Assembly (NCBI RefSeq): GCF_000441555.1
Contig: NC_021885.1
Coordinates: forward strand, 90,001 to 122,000
Reading direction: 5' to 3'
DNA: 32,000 nucleotides
Source of the DNA: Candidatus Profftella armatura
GTDB lineage: Bacteria > Pseudomonadota > Gammaproteobacteria > Burkholderiales > Burkholderiaceae
Shown here: in pieces, positions 30,628 to 32,000 of the stretch
Numbering within the stretch: position 1 is the first letter of the stretch
How the letters are laid out: every line of letters starts with the position of its first letter
The notes under the pieces: generated by a model
The model's database searches: none
What the model saw: only the letters and a program-made list of their open reading frames with translations
Told to the model about the DNA's origin: nothing
Program-made: the position numbers and the translations under genes

Positions 30628-32000
30628 ATGATTAAACCACTTAATCCAATTTTTTTTCTATCTCCTCTTATAGTTACATTAGTTGGGTCTATAATTACTG
30701 GTTTATTTGGCACAAAGTTTTTTAATAATCTTATTGGGCGTAAAACATCTCATTCAATAACAATATTTAGTATATTAATAGCTTTTTTGTGTTCAATTAT
30801 TACTTTTAATAAATTAATAATTAATAATTTTATTTATAATTACAATTTATATACTTTATTAACTTTTTATAATATAAAATTAGAAATTGGTTTTTTAATA
30901 GATTATCTTACAGTGCTAATGATGTGTATAATAACCTTTATATCATTAATAGTTCATATATATTCTACTTATTATATGAAAAAAGATTCTGGTTATAATC
31001 GTTTTTTTTCATATATTTCTTTTTTTACATTTTCTATGCTTTTACTGGTAATGAGTAATAATCTTTTTCAATTGTTTTTGGGGTGGGAAATAGTTGGAAT
31101 GGCATCATATTTACTAATTGGTTTTTGGTATGATAAACCATTAGCAATTACTGCAAATTTAAAAGCTTTTTTAATTAATAGAATAGGTGATATTGGATTA
31201 ATTCTTGGAATCTGTCTTTTGTTTAATTATATTGGTAGCATGAATTATATCAAAATATTTTCGTGTAGTATAAATATAGCATATTTAAATTTACCTAACA
31301 CGAATTGCATGTTAATTACCATAATTTGTATTTGTTTATTTATAGGAGCTATGGCTAAATCAGCTCAATTTCCATTGCATACTTGGTTACCAGATTCTAT
31401 GGAAGGACCAACTCCAGCATCTGCATTAATTCACGCGGCAACTATGGTAACTGCAGGTATTTTTATGATAACAAGAATGTCTCCTTTATTTGAGTTATCA
31501 AATACTGCATTATCAATAATTTTATTTATTGGAGCGATTACTGCTTTTTTTATGGGTTTATTAGGTATTATTCAAAATGACATTAAACGTATTATTGCGT
31601 ATTCTACTTTATCTCAATTAGGCTATATGACAGTTGGATTAGGAGTATCAGCATATACAGTTAGTATATTTCACTTAATGACACATGCATTTTTTAAAGC
31701 TTTATTATTTTTATCGGCCGGTTCTATTATTATAAATATGAAGCATAATCAAGATATTCGCAATATGGGGGGGCTTTATAAATATATGCCAATTACTTGT
31801 ATTACATCACTAATTGGTTTACTATCACTAGTTGGGGCTCCATTTTTTTCCGGTTTTTATTCAAAAGACAGTATTATTAATGCTACTTATTTTAGTCAAA
31901 TAACTGGATCCAAATTTGCTTATTTTTTGCTATTAATTAGTGTATTTATTACTTCTTTTTATTCCTTTAGAATGTATTTTTTAATATTTTTTGGTAAAGA
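30628..32000 (+). CDS. nuoL: NADH-quinone oxidoreductase subunit L (3' end cut by window edge)
   Basis: This ORF is absent from the ORF track because it has no stop within the window. The frame is open to base 32000. It contains FLGWEIVGMASYLLIGFW and the antiporter-like motif HTWLPDSMEGPTPASALIHAATMVTAG. The ATG at 30628 has AGGA 6 nt upstream. An in-frame ATG at 30622 is an alternative start. Confidence 0.93.
   Translation, partial: MIKPLNPIFFLSPLIVTLVGSIITGLFGTKFFNNLIGRKTSHSITIFSILIAFLCSIITFNKLIINNFIYNYNLYTLLTFYNIKLEIGFLIDYLTVLMMCIITFISLIVHIYSTYYMKKDSGYNRFFSYISFFTFSMLLLVMSNNLFQLFLGWEIVGMASYLLIGFWYDKPLAITANLKAFLINRIGDIGLILGICLLFNYIGSMNYIKIFSCSINIAYLNLPNTNCMLITIICICLFIGAMAKSAQFPLHTWLPDSMEGPTPASALIHAATMVTAGIFMITRMSPLFELSNTALSIILFIGAITAFFMGLLGIIQNDIKRIIAYSTLSQLGYMTVGLGVSAYTVSIFHLMTHAFFKALLFLSAGSIIINMKHNQDIRNMGGLYKYMPITCITSLIGLLSLVGAPFFSGFYSKDSIINATYFSQITGSKFAYFLLLISVFITSFYSFRMYFLIFFGK

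Overview
The window is a densely packed, almost entirely housekeeping stretch of an extremely AT-rich, reduced bacterial genome. By eye, coding regions are about three quarters A+T and spacers higher; this was not computed. The genetic code is standard: Trp is TGG, and TAA, TAG and TGA are all used as stops. Gene content and local order are: clpX-lon, trxB divergent from ftsK, greA-rlmE-ftsH, secG-tRNA-Leu(GAG), then a 14-subunit-type nuo operon with separate nuoC and nuoD. This pattern fits an obligate intracellular symbiont derived from beta/gamma-proteobacteria, most like Burkholderiales, but I cannot name the organism without a database search. I support 29 protein genes: clpX (truncated at the 5' window edge), lon, cspA, bioD, trxB, ftsK, rmuC, greA, rlmE, ftsH, argS, fmt, truA, accD, htpX, an ibpA-like sHSP, secG, and nuoA through nuoL (nuoL truncated at the 3' edge). 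I also support one tRNA-Leu(GAG), two clear stem-loops after cspA and the sHSP gene, and a coding tandem-repeat array. I see no mobile elements, CRISPR arrays, prophage, toxin-antitoxin, defence or secondary-metabolite genes, and I do not think the window holds a novel multi-gene system. The most unusual locus is ftsK. Its membrane-anchor segment sits in a different frame, separated from the motor ORF by a run of 14 A. Its linker is a perfectly conserved nested tandem repeat, and the C-terminal gamma (KOPS/XerD) domain is absent. The second notable item is the sHSP gene, which keeps a sigma32-like -35 box and a ROSE-like hairpin (UCGCU) that occludes the Shine-Dalgarno sequence. Other observations are minor: several spacers over 500 bp around the stress genes cspA and htpX, small duplications at the rlmE start, and G-homopolymers in accD and nuoL.
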